DNA from: the human T2T-CHM13v2.0 reference genome, Homo sapiens
DNA length: 64,000 bases
Assembly: GCF_009914755.1 (NCBI RefSeq)
Contig: NC_060932.1
Direction: 5' to 3' (one strand)
Shown here: piece by piece, positions 31,373-49,893 of the stretch
Position numbering within the stretch: the first letter of the stretch is position 1
Layout: each line of letters starts with the position of its first letter
Position numbers and translations under genes: made by a program
Notes under the pieces: model-generated
Database searches by the model: none
What the model was told of the DNA's origin: nothing
What the model saw: only the letters and a program-made list of their open reading frames with translations

Positions 31373-31491
31373 GGAACAACTGTGCCATTATGCTCCTCCC
31401 TTCCCTCATCCTTTAATAAACATCATCTGAACCTCTAAATGCCATTCTCCAATAATAGGAACCAAGGATCCTTGTAGAAATAGCTGACTCG

Positions 31492-31788
<297 letters not shown>

Positions 31789-32472
31789 AGAAATAGCTGA
31801 CTTTAGGGTAGGGTCCAGGAAAATATGAGATAATTCTGGAGCATCTTCAAGTGCCAGAAATTTTTAAAGTGCTTTAAAAACTGGGTGCATATCAAAAAGA
31901 CATAAGAGCTCCCAAAGGACAATACTGGAACAAAATAAATAAAAGAAATATTGAATTATAACACTAATAATAAAATAAAGATTCATGACATTGTGGTATA
32001 AATAAATAGAAAACGTGGCAAATATTTTAATGGAAAAATCTTTAGGATTACAATGATAAACATAGGATGAATGAAGGAAATAAAAAAACCATTATTAGAC
32101 CATCATAGAAATAATTACTTCTTGCAAGATCCACAGATAGATGTTAAAATTAATGAGCAAAATGTTAAGGAGAAAATGAAAGTTTGAATAGCCTCAAAGT
32201 AATCTCTCCCACAACACTTATTAATTAATTTCCATCGTGATTCTTAACATATGTCCACAAATTCTTTGGTACACCTTTCTGCAGGAAGCACACCTTAATT
32301 TCTCTTCTCTGTAATGTAGGCTGGACTTAGTGACAAATTTCTAATGAATAAAATATGAAAAGGAAAAAATAATAACTTAGTAGAGAAACCTGGTAGACAC
32401 TAACTTAACAAGTGTTTAATGTTGGCATCATCAATAATAAGCCATGATGACATCATGTACCTTCTAGTATGA

Positions 32473-32860
32473 TGTGTTAGTCTGTTTACACACTGCTATA
32501 AAGAACTTCCTGAGACTGGGTAATTTATAAAGGAAACAGGTTTAATTGAGTCACAGTTCCACATGGCTAAGGAAGCCTCGGGAAACTTACAGTCATGGTG
32601 GAAGGTGGAGGAGAAATAAGCACCTTCTTCACATGGCAGCAGGAGAGGAAAGCAAGCCGAGGAATTGCCAGACACTTGTAAAACCATCAGATCTTGTAAG
32701 AACTTACTCACTATCACGAGAACAGCATTGAGGGAAACTGCCCCCATGATCCAATTACCTCCACCCGGTCTCTCCCTTGACAGGTGGGGATTATGGAGAG
32801 ATTATAGGGATTATAATTCAAGAGGACATTTGGGTGGGGACATGGAGCCTAACTATATCA
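32473..32860 (-). mobile_element. THE1D-like MaLR solo LTR
   Basis: tgtgttagtctgtttacacactgctataaagaac...tgggtggggacatggagcctaactatatca. Confidence 0.88.
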
Positions 32861-34475
32861 GATGTTATGATGGGGGCATTTCATCTTTCCATTAGTTTCC
32901 CAAAAAATTCAGAACCTTCATCTAATCATGAGAAAACCTAAGGTAAATTCAAACTGAGGGACATTGTACAGAATATTTTTCCAGTACTCCTCAAAGTGTC
33001 AAAATCATACACACACATACACGTAAAAAACTGTCAGATATTGCAGGAAACTAAGGTGGCATGATGACTAAATGCAAAGTGGTATTCTGTATTGAATTCT
33101 GGAGCAGAAAAAGGTCATATTTGAAAAACTAAAGAAAACCAAATAAACTCTGTAGTGTAGTTGTACTGATGATAATTTCTTAATTTGGATAACTATACCA
33201 TAGTGATATAAGATATTAACCTTAGGGGAAGCTGGATAAAAGATATACAGGAATTCCCTATACTATCTTTGTAATACTTCTGTAAATCTAAAATCATTTC
33301 AAAATAAAAACTTTTAAAAGAAAAGCAAATAATACATGCCAAATGAATAGTAAGAACAAAAACTGACCACGGATACTGCTGTGAAGCTGGACATTATCAA
33401 GGGACCAGGTTAGAAATTGAATGCTGAAGGGTGGTTGAGATTTGGAGACCTAGAAGGTAACAGAAAGGTGCAACATGAAGAGTTACAGCAACAGAAGTGC
33501 ATGAAGTGGGTTAAGAGAGCAGTGAGTGAACCAGTCACTGAGTCAGGCTGGAAACTAAGTGAGGGGCAGAGTTAGGGCTCTGTCATGGCATTGCAATGTA
33601 GGCATGTGATTTAATTACTTGCAATATTTCTTTTTCTAAATGAAAATATCTTTACCCTTATTCCTAGATGAAAGGGTGAGTTCCTTACTACAATTCAGAC
33701 GTTATGTCTTCAAATTATGTGACTAATAAAGATACAGGATTTGTTTTGATCGAATCTGAGGCTTTTGTTCCTCACTATCAATGACCATTACTGACCCAAA
33801 AGGTTGGTAAAACATGTATTTAAGTCAGTGTCTTAGAGGGAAATTAGGTGGAGAAGTTTAAGTCAATGGATTAGAAGAAATGATGTGAGCTTGCCTGGAT
33901 CAGTATGTTTGTTTTGCAGTTGTGGTGGTTGTTTATAGTTTTAGTCAAAGACCCAAGCAAGCACTCCAGAGCCCATGCCCTCTGTTATTATTTCTCCTCA
34001 CAAGAAGGTACCTACCCAAAGGTCTCTCCTCTCTTGTCATCTTTGTGCATTGCTTCAGTGAAGCCATCTTTACTGAAAACATTCCTGGTTGTTTCTATAT
34101 GATTTAACATTTATGCTAGTTAAGGAGACTGGTTGGAATGACTGTGGCATTGTGCATTTTCACATCCCCTTTTATTCCCATCTAGAAAGCTTCCTATGGC
34201 ACTCAAGAGCCCTCTGTGGTGTTCTTTACTGTGCAACATCTTTTCCACATCGATGTTTTATGGGAGAAACACAAAGCTAGTCCTCTAGGGGCCTAGCACG
34301 CTACTTAGTTGAAGTTAGACTAATGATAGGAACTGCACATGAAGCATGGAGGCTAATTCCCTTCACTATCTTTATTTCATTGGCAATCATTAAATGCTCC
34401 TGGCAAAGTGTTTCCAAGTATCAATCCCTCCATCCAAAAGCAAACACACATTAAGCCTCCTCATTGCTGTCAGTC

Positions 34476-34477
<2 letters not shown>

Positions 34478-34510
<33 letters not shown>
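34478..34510. repeat. (CA)n microsatellite
   Basis: Uninterrupted AC run of about 16 units. Confidence 0.95.
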
Positions 34511-34512
<2 letters not shown>

Positions 34513-35715
34513 TACACTTCACCTTCATTATTGGAGAATCAAGCCCAGAAACGATTGTCTGCTTTTGAAGAGGAAAATTATTTCTTTCCTGCAGGTAATG
34601 AAACGTGTAAAAATGTGCCCATGAAACCTCTATCTCCTAGGAATTCACAGCTGCTCAAGCCAGACTTTCTGCTGGTAACAAATTACTGAGTAGGGGGTCT
34701 GGGGGGTATTTTAAACAGCTTGAGGTGGGCCAAAAAGGTATTTTAATCACACTCCATGCTAACCTCTGGACAGTAGGTGGCAAAGTAATCCTGGAAATTA
34801 TTTATTTTGTCCCCTAGTCCCAACAACAGGATCCAACATAAGTAATTTTAATAAACCTACTTTTGTTCTTAAAATTAATTATGGACCAGTCCAGAGAGCA
34901 CTGAAGATTATTAGCTCCTGCCTGACAAGAGTGTTTTACTGTAGATGTTGGCAGAAAAACATTTCCTAAAATATGGACCTAATTAAACTGAAAATATGGA
35001 ATGTTAAAGTTCGGACCTTAGACTCATAGTGTGATTTGATCCAGCAAAAAAAAAAAAAAAAAAAAAAAAAACAAAAAACTAAACAGCCTTTTAATCCATG
35101 CAGAAATTAACGTTGTGTAAGAATGTGAGTTTGGTGCCAATGAGGGATTCCAGCCAGAAACCCAGAGACCAAGAGAAAGCCCAGGTAATTGTAACCAATA
35201 ACTCTTACCATCTCCTCCCAGCTCCTGCCTGGAACCATAGCCCTGTCCCAGAGCCGCTCCATTCTTTATATAGAGTAGCTTGAAGCCCCATTCAGACTTT
35301 TGCATTACTATGAAAATTCAAACAAAGGCTTGCTTATGGAAGTGGTTTTTGTCCTATGAATGCCTCATATTTTGAAGGGAAAAGAATTATGTTTAATCCC
35401 AATTTTTTCTTGTTTTGCTGTGCTGGTCAATTTGCCTGCAGGAATTCTCTTAGATCTCCCCATGCTCCCAAATCCTTTCCCCCGATGCACACATGCATGC
35501 ATGTACAAACACACACACACACACGAAAATCACTGGAACTGAGTCCCTAAGAAAACGGAGACACAAGACTCTTTTTTATGCACAGTGCCAAGCAGAAGCA
35601 AAAACTGCCTGCTCCTATTAATAAATTATGTTTTATTTCAACAAGAAAGCCCTGCTCTTTCTCCATCTCTGCTTTGCACACACTCACATACATCTACTCA
35701 CAGAAATATTCTTAC

Positions 35716-35859
35716 TTTCAGCACATGATCAATAGGAGGGTACATTCCTGAGGAAACTTGTTGAGTGGGCTTCATGAATCTAGCAGGCAATAGAAACTCT
35801 GGCAAAATTTTCCAGGAAGAATAAGCAGGGTAATCATCATGAAACCTGATTTTAGTCAC
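35716..35859 (-). other. Candidate 144-nt internal exon of an unidentified minus-strand transcript
   Basis: Acceptor gctcactcactttctctccag|G and donor AAA|GTAAGA; phase 0-0 frame open throughout. Confidence 0.3.
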
Positions 35860-36864
35860 CTGGAGAGAAAGTGAGTGAGCAATGGCCACTACGGGTGGGA
35901 CTCACACAGTCACTTCACCAGCTAAACCTGCCACAGGGTGTCCTGATGTGATAGCTTGACATTAGATAAATAGATAACCAGGATGAAAAAATCACTGGGG
36001 AACATAATTGCACCTGACTGAGAGGGATAGTGCAACATTTCTGGATCCTCCAAACTCTTTTTGTAAGAAATCACTCTTTGTCATCAAAAAGCCTCATGAT
36101 TAAAGTCTGGTAATGTTAAGGGGTTTTATTATCTCTGAAGAAAAAAGAAACAGAACAGTCAAACAAAAAAATGTTTACTAGGAAAACAATACTGTGGGTT
36201 CTTTCACACTTCAGATGAAGAACTCAAAAATCAATTTACAAAGAAAATCTTGCTATTCCTGTTAATTAGGAACTCTGCAGATGAAAAATTCCCTTCTTTG
36301 ACTTTAATTTCTGCCGTAAGTTTGAGAAGCAGCTCAGCTGATGTTCTCGAAAGCTCCACCTGTTAAGGATATATCATGCCAAAGTTTTTTTTATAAAATG
36401 ATCTTTTCCTTTTTTATGCGTACAACTTTCAATTTCTCTTCTTCTATGCTTCAGCAAATACAAGCAATACGTTGCGTTCAAGCAGAATTTTCCACCTAGC
36501 TCATCCTAGACATCATGGCCAAGTCCAACCTGAATAATTTTGTATACTACTTAATGAAAATGTTTTCTTTGTTTAAAAGAAAAAGGTTTATCAAGCTGTG
36601 AAATGTGATCATTCTATCTCAGCTCATTACAATTGCCCTTTAAATAATCAGTAATCATCCTCTTCTAACATTTAGTTCTTTCTTGGGCTGTAGCTGAAGG
36701 AATAAAAACCATCAGAGTAATGGGTGCTCTTCCTCTCCAGGAAGCAATCAGTTTTAAAGCTTTCTTTTTCATCCTTTCATCCTTCTCACTTTGTTTCCTT
36801 TACTTGGGTGACTTTCTCTTCACCACCACCTACATGTTTAAAGAATGGTATTTGTCCTAAATAA

Positions 36865-37203
<339 letters not shown>

Positions 37204-37265
37204 GGACATTACCTCTTAAAACCAAGAGAAGAGATATGAACTGTACTTACGCTCTGCAATACATC

Positions 37266-37627
37266 AATATGGTTTGGCTCTGTCTCCCTACCAAAGTCTC
37301 ATCTCAAATTGTAATCCCCATATGTGGAGGCAGTGACCTGGTGGGAGGCGACTGGAACATGTGGGTGGTTCCCCCATGCTGTTCTCATGATAGTGTGTTC
37401 TTATGAGTTTTATGATTTTATAAGTATTTGGCATTTCCTCCTGCTCTTTCTCTTTCCTGCTGCCTTGTGAAGAAGGTACTTGCTCCTCCTTCGCCTTCTG
37501 CCATAATTGTAAGTTTCCTGAGGCCTCCCCAGCCATGTAAAACTGTGAATCAATTCAACCTCTTTCCTTTATAAATTACCCAGTTTCAAGTAGTATCTTT
37601 ATAGCAGTATGAGAATGAACTAATACA
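37266..37627 (+). mobile_element. THE1D/MSTA-like MaLR solo LTR
   Basis: aatatggtttggctctgtc...ataaattacccagtttcaagtagtatctttatagcagtatgagaatgaactaataca. Confidence 0.9.
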
Positions 37628-38774
37628 TAAGTTATTTTATTTTTCCTCATAATAAGTGTGTGCCAGGCATCATTGATCTCCAGTGACTTAAGAAAACTGG
37701 GGTGCACAGAGTTTATATAACTTATGCACAACTGAGCTGAGAGATGGGATATCAATTCAAGCTTCTGTTACTGCCAAGCCTATCTTCCCTCTGCTACACT
37801 GTGTTACTTCCACAGGTCAAAAATGGGTGACGAAGAACTACCAAGTAAAATCTAGGAAAACGGAAACTGGGGATATTTTTGTTTGCTTTCTTTTTAAATG
37901 AAATATTAAATCATGAAAAATGGCATTTGCATTGTTTACACTTCAGTATTAATATTGGTGTTACAAGTTTTTTGAATGAACACTAGTGGAAATCAGTTAT
38001 TATAAAATAATTTTTAGAAACTAATAAATGTGTATTTTTAATTCCAAGAAAAATAGAAAGAAATTTACCCCTCTTTAAGCATCATCTGGATCTTTAATTT
38101 TAAAATGCCAACATAAGAAAAATGGCAGTGCTAAAAGCCAGAAATTTACCAAACGAAACATGAATCTGGCCCTTTAATTACCTATGCTGAATAGAGTTTC
38201 AAAAGCACACCATGAATGATGAAAAATCTTTTCCTGTTAAGAAAAGAAGCCTGTCATCTATTGGTAACAAGAGCAAGAAACATTTTTGAAGTCTTAACTC
38301 TATCTTTGTGTATGGCATCTACAAATATACATAGATCAAAAGGCAAAGAATCATTTACCACCTACACGCATAAGTATAATCTCAGAATTTTACTTTTTAA
38401 AATTCAACTTATCTTAGCATCTTCCTCTTAAAATATAATCTCAGTATCTTACACTTAAAATCTAACTCATGCAACTCAATTATTTATAGTGTGAATTAAA
38501 CTTGTGTCTACAAAGGAGGAAATTTAGAAATCTTTTGCAATAACACCTATACAGTAATTAATACATAACATCTAACTAAATTCTCATTTATTTATTTTTT
38601 ATTATAATATTTTTATTGGTAAGTATCAGAGTACTATTACAAAGACCAGCCGAATATTATACCAATGCTGTCAATAAGTTATATAAAAGGTAGAAAATAT
38701 ATAATTATATATTGCATATATATGGTTTCAAGGTATATTATATACTTGTTTGTGTTTATGTAGTGCTTCTTCAC

Positions 38775-38997
38775 CAGGGGTTGGCCAACTACCCTTAGGG
38801 CCAAATACTGCCCACTGCCTGTTTTTGTAAATAAAGTTTTATTGGAACAAAGCCACATTCTTTTGTTTATGTATTATTTATGGCTGCTTTCATACACACA
38901 CAATGGTGGAGTCAAATAATTGCAATGACACCTTCTGGCCTCAAAGCCTAAAATATTTATTATCTGGCCCTTTACAGAAAATGCTTGCCAACGTCAG
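38775..38997 (+). mobile_element. MER58A hAT-Charlie MITE
   Basis: caggggttggccaactac...gtttttgtaaataaagttttattggaac...tctggccctttacagaaaa. Confidence 0.88.
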
Positions 38998-39218
38998 ATC
39001 TATATATAACACAATACTATCAGTTTTTGTAGGACTGGGTTTCATTAAGGATCTTTCCTGGATTTGTTGCAGCAACAAATGCTGAAATTATTTCTGTAAA
39101 TTAATGGGAGGATAAATTCATATAGTTGAATAAACTCTGTGATGATATTTCTGTTCAAGATAACACAACTGAGAAATTAGTACACACTGATATATCTCTA
39201 TATGGGTATATATATATA

Positions 39219-39287
39219 TATAGATTAGACAGATAAATAGATAGATAATAGATGATAGAAAGATAGATAAATAGATGATAGATAGAT

Positions 39288-39334
<47 letters not shown>
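39219..39334. repeat. Compound (TAGA)n tetranucleotide STR at Alu tail position
   Basis: Imperfect then pure GATA units directly visible, preceded by (TA)n. Confidence 0.93.
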
Positions 39335-39612
<278 letters not shown>

Positions 39613-41149
39613 ACATACCTATATATAAATCCTATATACCTGTTTCCAGCTCTGAGGGAAGTCATGATTATCTTTTATACAGGGAGACCTAAGACTCAGA
39701 ATATTAGTTTCATCATCTGGACCACCAATATGTAAAGTAAATGGATGCTACCTTAACGATGTGCCAATAATTTGAACTGAAGATTCCTGTCACAGCTTAG
39801 TCTAGAATACCTTGTCTTCAACTCATGTGAAAAAAAAAAACCTCAAAATAATTACAATCTGCTACAAAGAGTGCTAATCATTATTCCTTCAGGATTTCTC
39901 TGGTTTATATTGCATCAATTTGCACAGAAAGAGAAGAAAAAATCTAGGTAGTGTTTATTTCTCTTCCCATCAATTTATCAGGAGCCAGAGAACACCTTTA
40001 GAGCATCAGAAACACTAGTCCAATCCTATAAAAAATTGCTTTAGACTGGGGGTTTTGTACACTCAATGACATTTGGAGTCTGCTTCTCTTGTACCTCTTT
40101 CTGTCATCAGCTCAACCTGGTTTTCTAGTTACTGATCTCAGGTGATCGTTTCTTGGTTCCAGCTCTGGTTTCTCTCTTATACAGCTGTCGTCATCTTCTC
40201 TATATTTCATTATCTCAGTGTTCAACTCATTTTGTTTTTACTTCACTACAGGGACTGAAAAAGATTAATTCTCTCTGCTTCTCCAGAAAGGCAGCTCACC
40301 ACCAGCTCCTGCTGATCATAACCCTTTTGCCTGTATCACATCAGACATAGTAAAATACTTTCGCTGAATTAAAATTTAACATTACATCCTTATTTTTCCT
40401 TAGGATCACTATAAGAAATGTCCTCATGAAGGAAGTTTTGAATCTTCTTGAAAAGTTCCTTTGAAGGAATCATTCATTATTAATCAGGAACCATAATAAA
40501 ATAATTTGTGTTAGGTTGTGCTTGCAGAATTTAGTGCCAAAAACTGTTTGTCTTTTCAAAATAGCTTATAGGCATCCTTTTTTCAGATCATGAGTAAATA
40601 GAATCTTTCTTATTTATTTGATTGTTTTTGCTTTAATATCTGGGGACTCAAGACTAAATACACATTTAAGTGTAACTACTGCTGAGGCCAAATTTCTATG
40701 AGAATTTTTACTCCTATTTTCTGTGAAATCACAGATCTCTCTTTGGGACACAAAATAAATATGAAAACAACCAAATAATGTCTATTTTATTGTGATATTT
40801 TGCTGGTATTTTTGTCCTTATGATTTATGGATAAATTGGACATAGTGTTGACATACCACATGCCCTCAATAAATAATCACTATCTGTATAGATATATGAT
40901 TACCACTCTATACACATTTGGAAGAAGAGAGCCCATTTATGAAAATTCATGGAGAAACAATCAAGTGCTTCAAGATTCATGTATTTTTACAGAGACTTAC
41001 TGACATGGTATATTGCTATGTTAGTGTAGTAAAGACATAAAGTGAGAAAGTAGTCTACCTGTTAACAGTGATCGCGGCATAATGTAGGAATCTAGATCTT
41101 GGGAAAGACAAAACACACAATGAATAATACTTGCTTAAAGGAAATCACA

Positions 41150-41450
41150 ATCTTTTTTTGTTGCTTAACACAACTCATTATTATTTCTCAAGGTTCTTGT
41201 AGTTGGCTGGGCCCACCTAGCTGGTTTTGCTTGGGACCTCTCCCAACTTGTAGTGAGAAGGTTTTTCCTTTTTTTGTGTGATGCCTGGGCTAAGATGTCT
41301 GCAACAGTTGAGGATTATTGATTGGGTTTGTCTCTTGCTCCCACTCTCTCTGTGCAGCCTTTCCATGTGAGCTACTTCACAGCATGGCAGTCTCAGAGTA
41401 GTTGAACTTTTCACATGGCAAATGACTTTCTTTAAGCAAAAACAACAAAA
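41150..41450 (-). mobile_element. Old MLT1 (H/I/J-like) MaLR LTR fragment
   Basis: attattatttctcaaggttcttgtagttggctggg...cttcacagcatggcagtctcagagtagttgaacttttcacatggc. Confidence 0.6.
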
Positions 41451-41489
41451 ACCTAAAAGCATTTTAAGAGATTTTTTTAAAATAGTTGT

Positions 41490-41710
41490 AATAGTTAATG
41501 AGCACTTATTCCCATGTTAGATACTATGAATATATCTTACTCCATTCTCATAATAACCCCACAAAATGGGTACCTCTTTTCCTATTTTAATGATAAGGAA
41601 ACCAAGACTCAGAATTATTATGTGATTGTACAAGTCCGCCTCACTCTAAAATGTGCAATCTAGGGTTTTTCCCTAAAACCCACATATTTTCTTCTATCAG
41701 AGCCACCTCT
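41490..41710 (-). mobile_element. MIR remnant
   Basis: cctattttaatgataaggaaaccaagactcaga core. Confidence 0.6.
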
Positions 41711-42819
41711 TATAAAACCATAAAATGTTGAATGGCAATACAATAGATAAATAAAATTCAATACATAATACAAGCGATGTTATAAATCCCATGTGATCAA
41801 CAGCTAAATTAAAATGTAGACAATTACTCTAGGAATAGAGTAGAGGGAAAATTCCCTATGAACTGGTGTTTCTGAAGAGCCTTCTTTGAAGAGGGTAAGT
41901 GATCTAAGTGCTATAAAATTTTGTGCACAAAAACTGAAGATAATTTATCAAAGCATACATTTTAATATTTGTTTATTAAAGAAAATTTGCTTACTTCAAA
42001 CTTTAAAAAAGAAACTTTTGCTTACTTCAAAATTATGTAACTATATTTGCCCTTCCTTTATATAGATATTAAAATCCCAGATCTGTAAAAGACAGAGTAG
42101 ATACAATTTTCTTTAAGTGGCTTGGGTAATAACTCTTGGTCATCAAGATATTTTTGCTGATTTCCTCTTTACTGTATTAGATTATATGACCATTATGATA
42201 TAATCCTAAAAGAGAGTATAATCAGCTGATTAAAGCAGGAAGAAGAGACTATTTCATTAGAAGAGGCAGTTGTCCTTTCCTTTATGGAGAGAATAATGAT
42301 CATAATGCCAAATTGACTGAGTATTTTCTCTGCTGGTTGCAGACAGAGAGATGGGCCTTGTGCAACCCTAAAATACACTTCCAACTTTGTCTTATTCCTG
42401 CTGTATGTGTTATCACTGAGTTTAGAGCTGTATTCTTATGTTGCTTTTTACTGCAAACACATCCCTGGTGAGAGTTCCAATAAGGTAGAGGGCATGCAGT
42501 AGATTCATCTTTATGCTGGCAATTTAACCCAAATCCAGCAAGGTGAGACCATGACAAGTTAGGCAGTAGAGCCCTGCAATAGGTTTGCAAGCTGGTATTT
42601 CATACAACCATCTATTGTTTCTAAAGCTAGAGCTAACATCCTTTGCCAGAGCCTTAAAGAATAAAGTTGCCTTGGTAAAATGTGCATAAAAATATTCAAA
42701 CATTTTTTTTCTTATTATGCTTTCTACCAGTAGGATTACAATTTTCTTAATATTTCTTTGGCACCAACCAGAGTCTTTTGGCTTGGTATATAAAGTAATT
42801 CAATGATTCTGGCAAGCAC

Positions 42820-43295
42820 CTAGACTCTTAAGTTCCTGGGGGCAGGGATGTAGTCACGACAGTAAAATCCTTCCAGGTTTCTAAGGTGGTGCTTGCCTAC
42901 ATTGTGGTTGCTTCATAAATAATACATTTTGAATGACTTCCTTCTGTACACTTCACTCTCTACTAATATCGAACTTGTGCATCTGGCTTCACACCCAGCC
43001 ACTAATCTGTCCCTTGCTTATATTCTTTCCTCCATTATTCTTCACTCCTCCTAGTTCTCCCTTCAAGGTTCAGCTCAGGTGTTTTCTTCTCCAGGAAACT
43101 TTCCTAAATTTCCCTTCCATTCGATGCACACTTCTATCATGTCACTGAAATAGTCTTTTGGAGGCTTCTGTATATTATATCTGACTCCATGAGGTCGTTG
43201 AAATTAAATATTATTTCTTTTTTATCTTTGAATCTCAGCCCCTTGCCCAGTGCCCGACTGGTAGTTTAAGCTCACTAGCATACGTTGAACTGATC
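42820..43295 (+). mobile_element. L2 3' end fragments
   Basis: taagttcctgggggcagggat; ccttcaaggttcagctcagg; ccttgcccagtgcccgactggtag. Confidence 0.5.
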
Positions 43296-43569
43296 TGAAG
43301 AGTGGGAATGGAGACAGAAACATCAAGGGGGTTGAACGTTCCAGGAGCCACTAGTGTCTTTTGCATCCCTTAGGAAAGGCTCCTTGTATGGAAATTTTGT
43401 TCAAATTATCTTCATATTGCATCACAGAAGAATACTATTAATGTATTTTTTAACTTTCTAAAGTTCAAAATTGTTATAGAAAACACAATTGGAGGGTTCT
43501 AATAAATAATTGAATCTGTCTCACTTTCCTTAGGAGTCATAAGGAAACAGATACAAGTCATACAATCAG

Positions 43570-44749
43570 AGGGGTCCCATGGGCCTCAGGGCTGAAATGG
43601 GAGTTTCTTATTATCACCAGAAAAGCACCAAATCTGAGATTCCTGATCCTATCTCAGAGGAGATCTCACAAAGTCTGCTAGCTAACTCAGGTGGTGGTCA
43701 CAGGCCCCACAGGAGACAGTGAACTTGCTCACACACTTAGCACATTTGTACAACAACCAGCATCTGAGAAAGCCATTGCACACAGATTCTGTATAACAAA
43801 GGAGCTCATACAGAGTCGTCACCACTGAAAGCACCCAGAGCTGAAGCTAGGTGACAATAAACAATTAACTTTAAAGTTACAACCTCAAGGGAAAAAAAAC
43901 AAGAAATTTTAAAACTCAATTTCATACAAACTAATTAGAAAACATAGTCTACCCAAATGAAAAGGAACTGGAAAACCAATATTGGCAATATGAAAACACA
44001 GGGCTCTCTAACACCCCCCAAAGATCACACGAACTCTCCAACAGTGGGTCCAAACCAAGATGAAATCTTTGAAATACCAGATAAATAATTTAAAAGTTTG
44101 ATTATTAAATTATTCAAGGAGAAACAAAAGAAATGTGAAAATCAACATAAAGATATTCTAAAAGCAATTCAGGATATGAATGAAAAAGTTTCTAAAGAGA
44201 TAGTTATTTTAAAGAAAAACCAATCCAAACTTCTGGAAATGAAAGACACATTTAGAAAACTACAAAATGCAGTGCAAAGTTTTAACAATAAAGTAGACCA
44301 AGTGAAAGAAAGAATTTCAGAGATCAAAGACCAAAGTTTTATATTAACCTTATTAGAAATAAAATAAAGAAAAATAATTAAAAGAAATGAATAAATTATC
44401 CAAGAAATACAGGATTATGTAAAATGGCCAAACCTAAGAATTATAGGTGTTCTTGAGGGAGAAGGAAAAACGCGTTTGGAAAACCTATTTGAGGGAATAA
44501 TTGGGGAATACTTCACTGGCCTTGGTAGAGATTTAGACATCCAAATACAAGAAGCACAAAGAACTCCTGGAGACTCAGTGCAGAAAGGACATCACCAAGA
44601 CCTATGTTCATTAGACCAACTAAAGTCAACCTAAAGGAAAAAATTTCTAAAAGCAGTGAGACAAAAACATCAGGTAACCTATAAATGAAAATCTATCAGA
44701 CTAACAGTAGACTTCTCAGGAGAAAACTTCCAAACCAGAAGGAATTGGG
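43570..44749 (+). mobile_element. L1PB (L1PB3/4-like) 5'UTR remnant and ORF1 5' part
   Basis: ORF1-like peptide IIKLFKEKQKKCENQHK...NAVQSFNNKVDQVKERISEIKD (44098-44367); colinear with 50799 onward. Confidence 0.85.
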
Positions 44750-44979
44750 TTTTTTTTTTTCTTTTTTTTTTTTTATTATACTTTAAGTTTTAGGGTACAT
44801 GTGCACATTGTGCAGGTTAGTTACATATGTATACATGTGCCATGCTGGTGCGCTGCACCCACTAACTCGTCATCTAGCATTAGGTATATCTCCCATTGCT
44901 ATCCCTCCCCCCTCCCCACAACCCACCACAGTCCCCAGAGTGTGATATTCCCCTTCCTGTGTCCATGTGATCTCATTGT

Positions 44980-48841
<3,862 letters not shown>

Positions 48842-48877
48842 TTAGTTGATGCAGTTTCTTCCTAGTCTCGATGGTCT

Positions 48878-49893
48878 TTACATTTTGGCATGATTTTGCA
48901 GCGGCTGGTACCGGTTGTTCCTTTCCATGTTTAGCGCTTCCTTCAGGAGGTCTTTTAGGGCAGGCCTGGTGGTGACAAAATCTCTCAGCATTTGCTTGTC
49001 TGTAAAGGATTTTATTTCTCCTTCACTTATGAAGCTTAGTTTGGCTGGATATGAAATTCTGGGTTGAAAATTCTTTTCTTTAAGAATGTTGAATATTGGC
49101 CCCCACTCTCTTCTGGCTTGTAGGGTTTCTGCCAAGAGATCCGCTGTTAGTCTGATGGGCTTCCCTTTGAGGGTAACCCGACCTTTCTCTCTGGCTGCCC
49201 TTAACATTTTTTCCTTCATTTCAACTTTGGTGAATCTGACAATTATGTGTCTTGGAGTTGCTCTTCTCGAGGAGTATCTTTGTGGTGTTCTCTGTATTTC
49301 CTGAATCTGAACTTGGCCTGCCTTGCTAGATTGGGGAAGTTCTCCTGGATAATATCCTGCAGAGTGTTTTCCAACTTGGTTCCATTCTCCCCATCACTTT
49401 CAGGTACACCAATCAGACATAGATTTGGTCTTTTCACATAGTCCCATATTTCTTGGAGGCTTTGCTCATTTCTTTTTATTCTTTTTTCTCTAAACTTCCC
49501 TTCTCGCTTCATTTCATTCATTTCATCTTCCATTGCTGATACCCTTTCTTCCAGTTGATCGCATCGGCTCCTGAGGCTTCTGCATTCTTCACGTAGTTCT
49601 CGAGCCTTGGTTTTCAGCTCCATCAGCTCCTTTAAGCAGTTCTCTGTATTGGTTATTCTAGTTATACATTCTTCTAAATTTTTTTCAAAGTTTTCAACTT
49701 CTTTGCCTTTGGTTTGAATGTCCTCCTGTAGCTCAGAGTAATTTGATCGTCTGAAGCCTTCTTCTCTCAGCTCGTCAAAGTCATTCTCCATCCAGCTTTG
49801 TTCCGTTGCTGGTGAGGAACTGCGTTCCTTTGGAGGAGGAGAGGTGCCCTGCGTTTTAGAGTTTCCACTTTTTCTGTTCTGTTTTTTCCCCAT
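48878..49893 (-). pseudogene. L1 ORF1p (RNA-binding chaperone), frameshifted
   Basis: MGKKQNRK... 216-aa and ...ERNNRYQPLQNHAKM 113-aa pieces; frame shifts after LARQA near 49312. Confidence 0.95.

Noticed and set aside
43541-43557. TSD of the L1PB matching 55744-55763
   Set aside because: Similarity (aaggaaacagatacaag vs aaggaagcaacaaatacagg) is too degenerate and A-rich to assert
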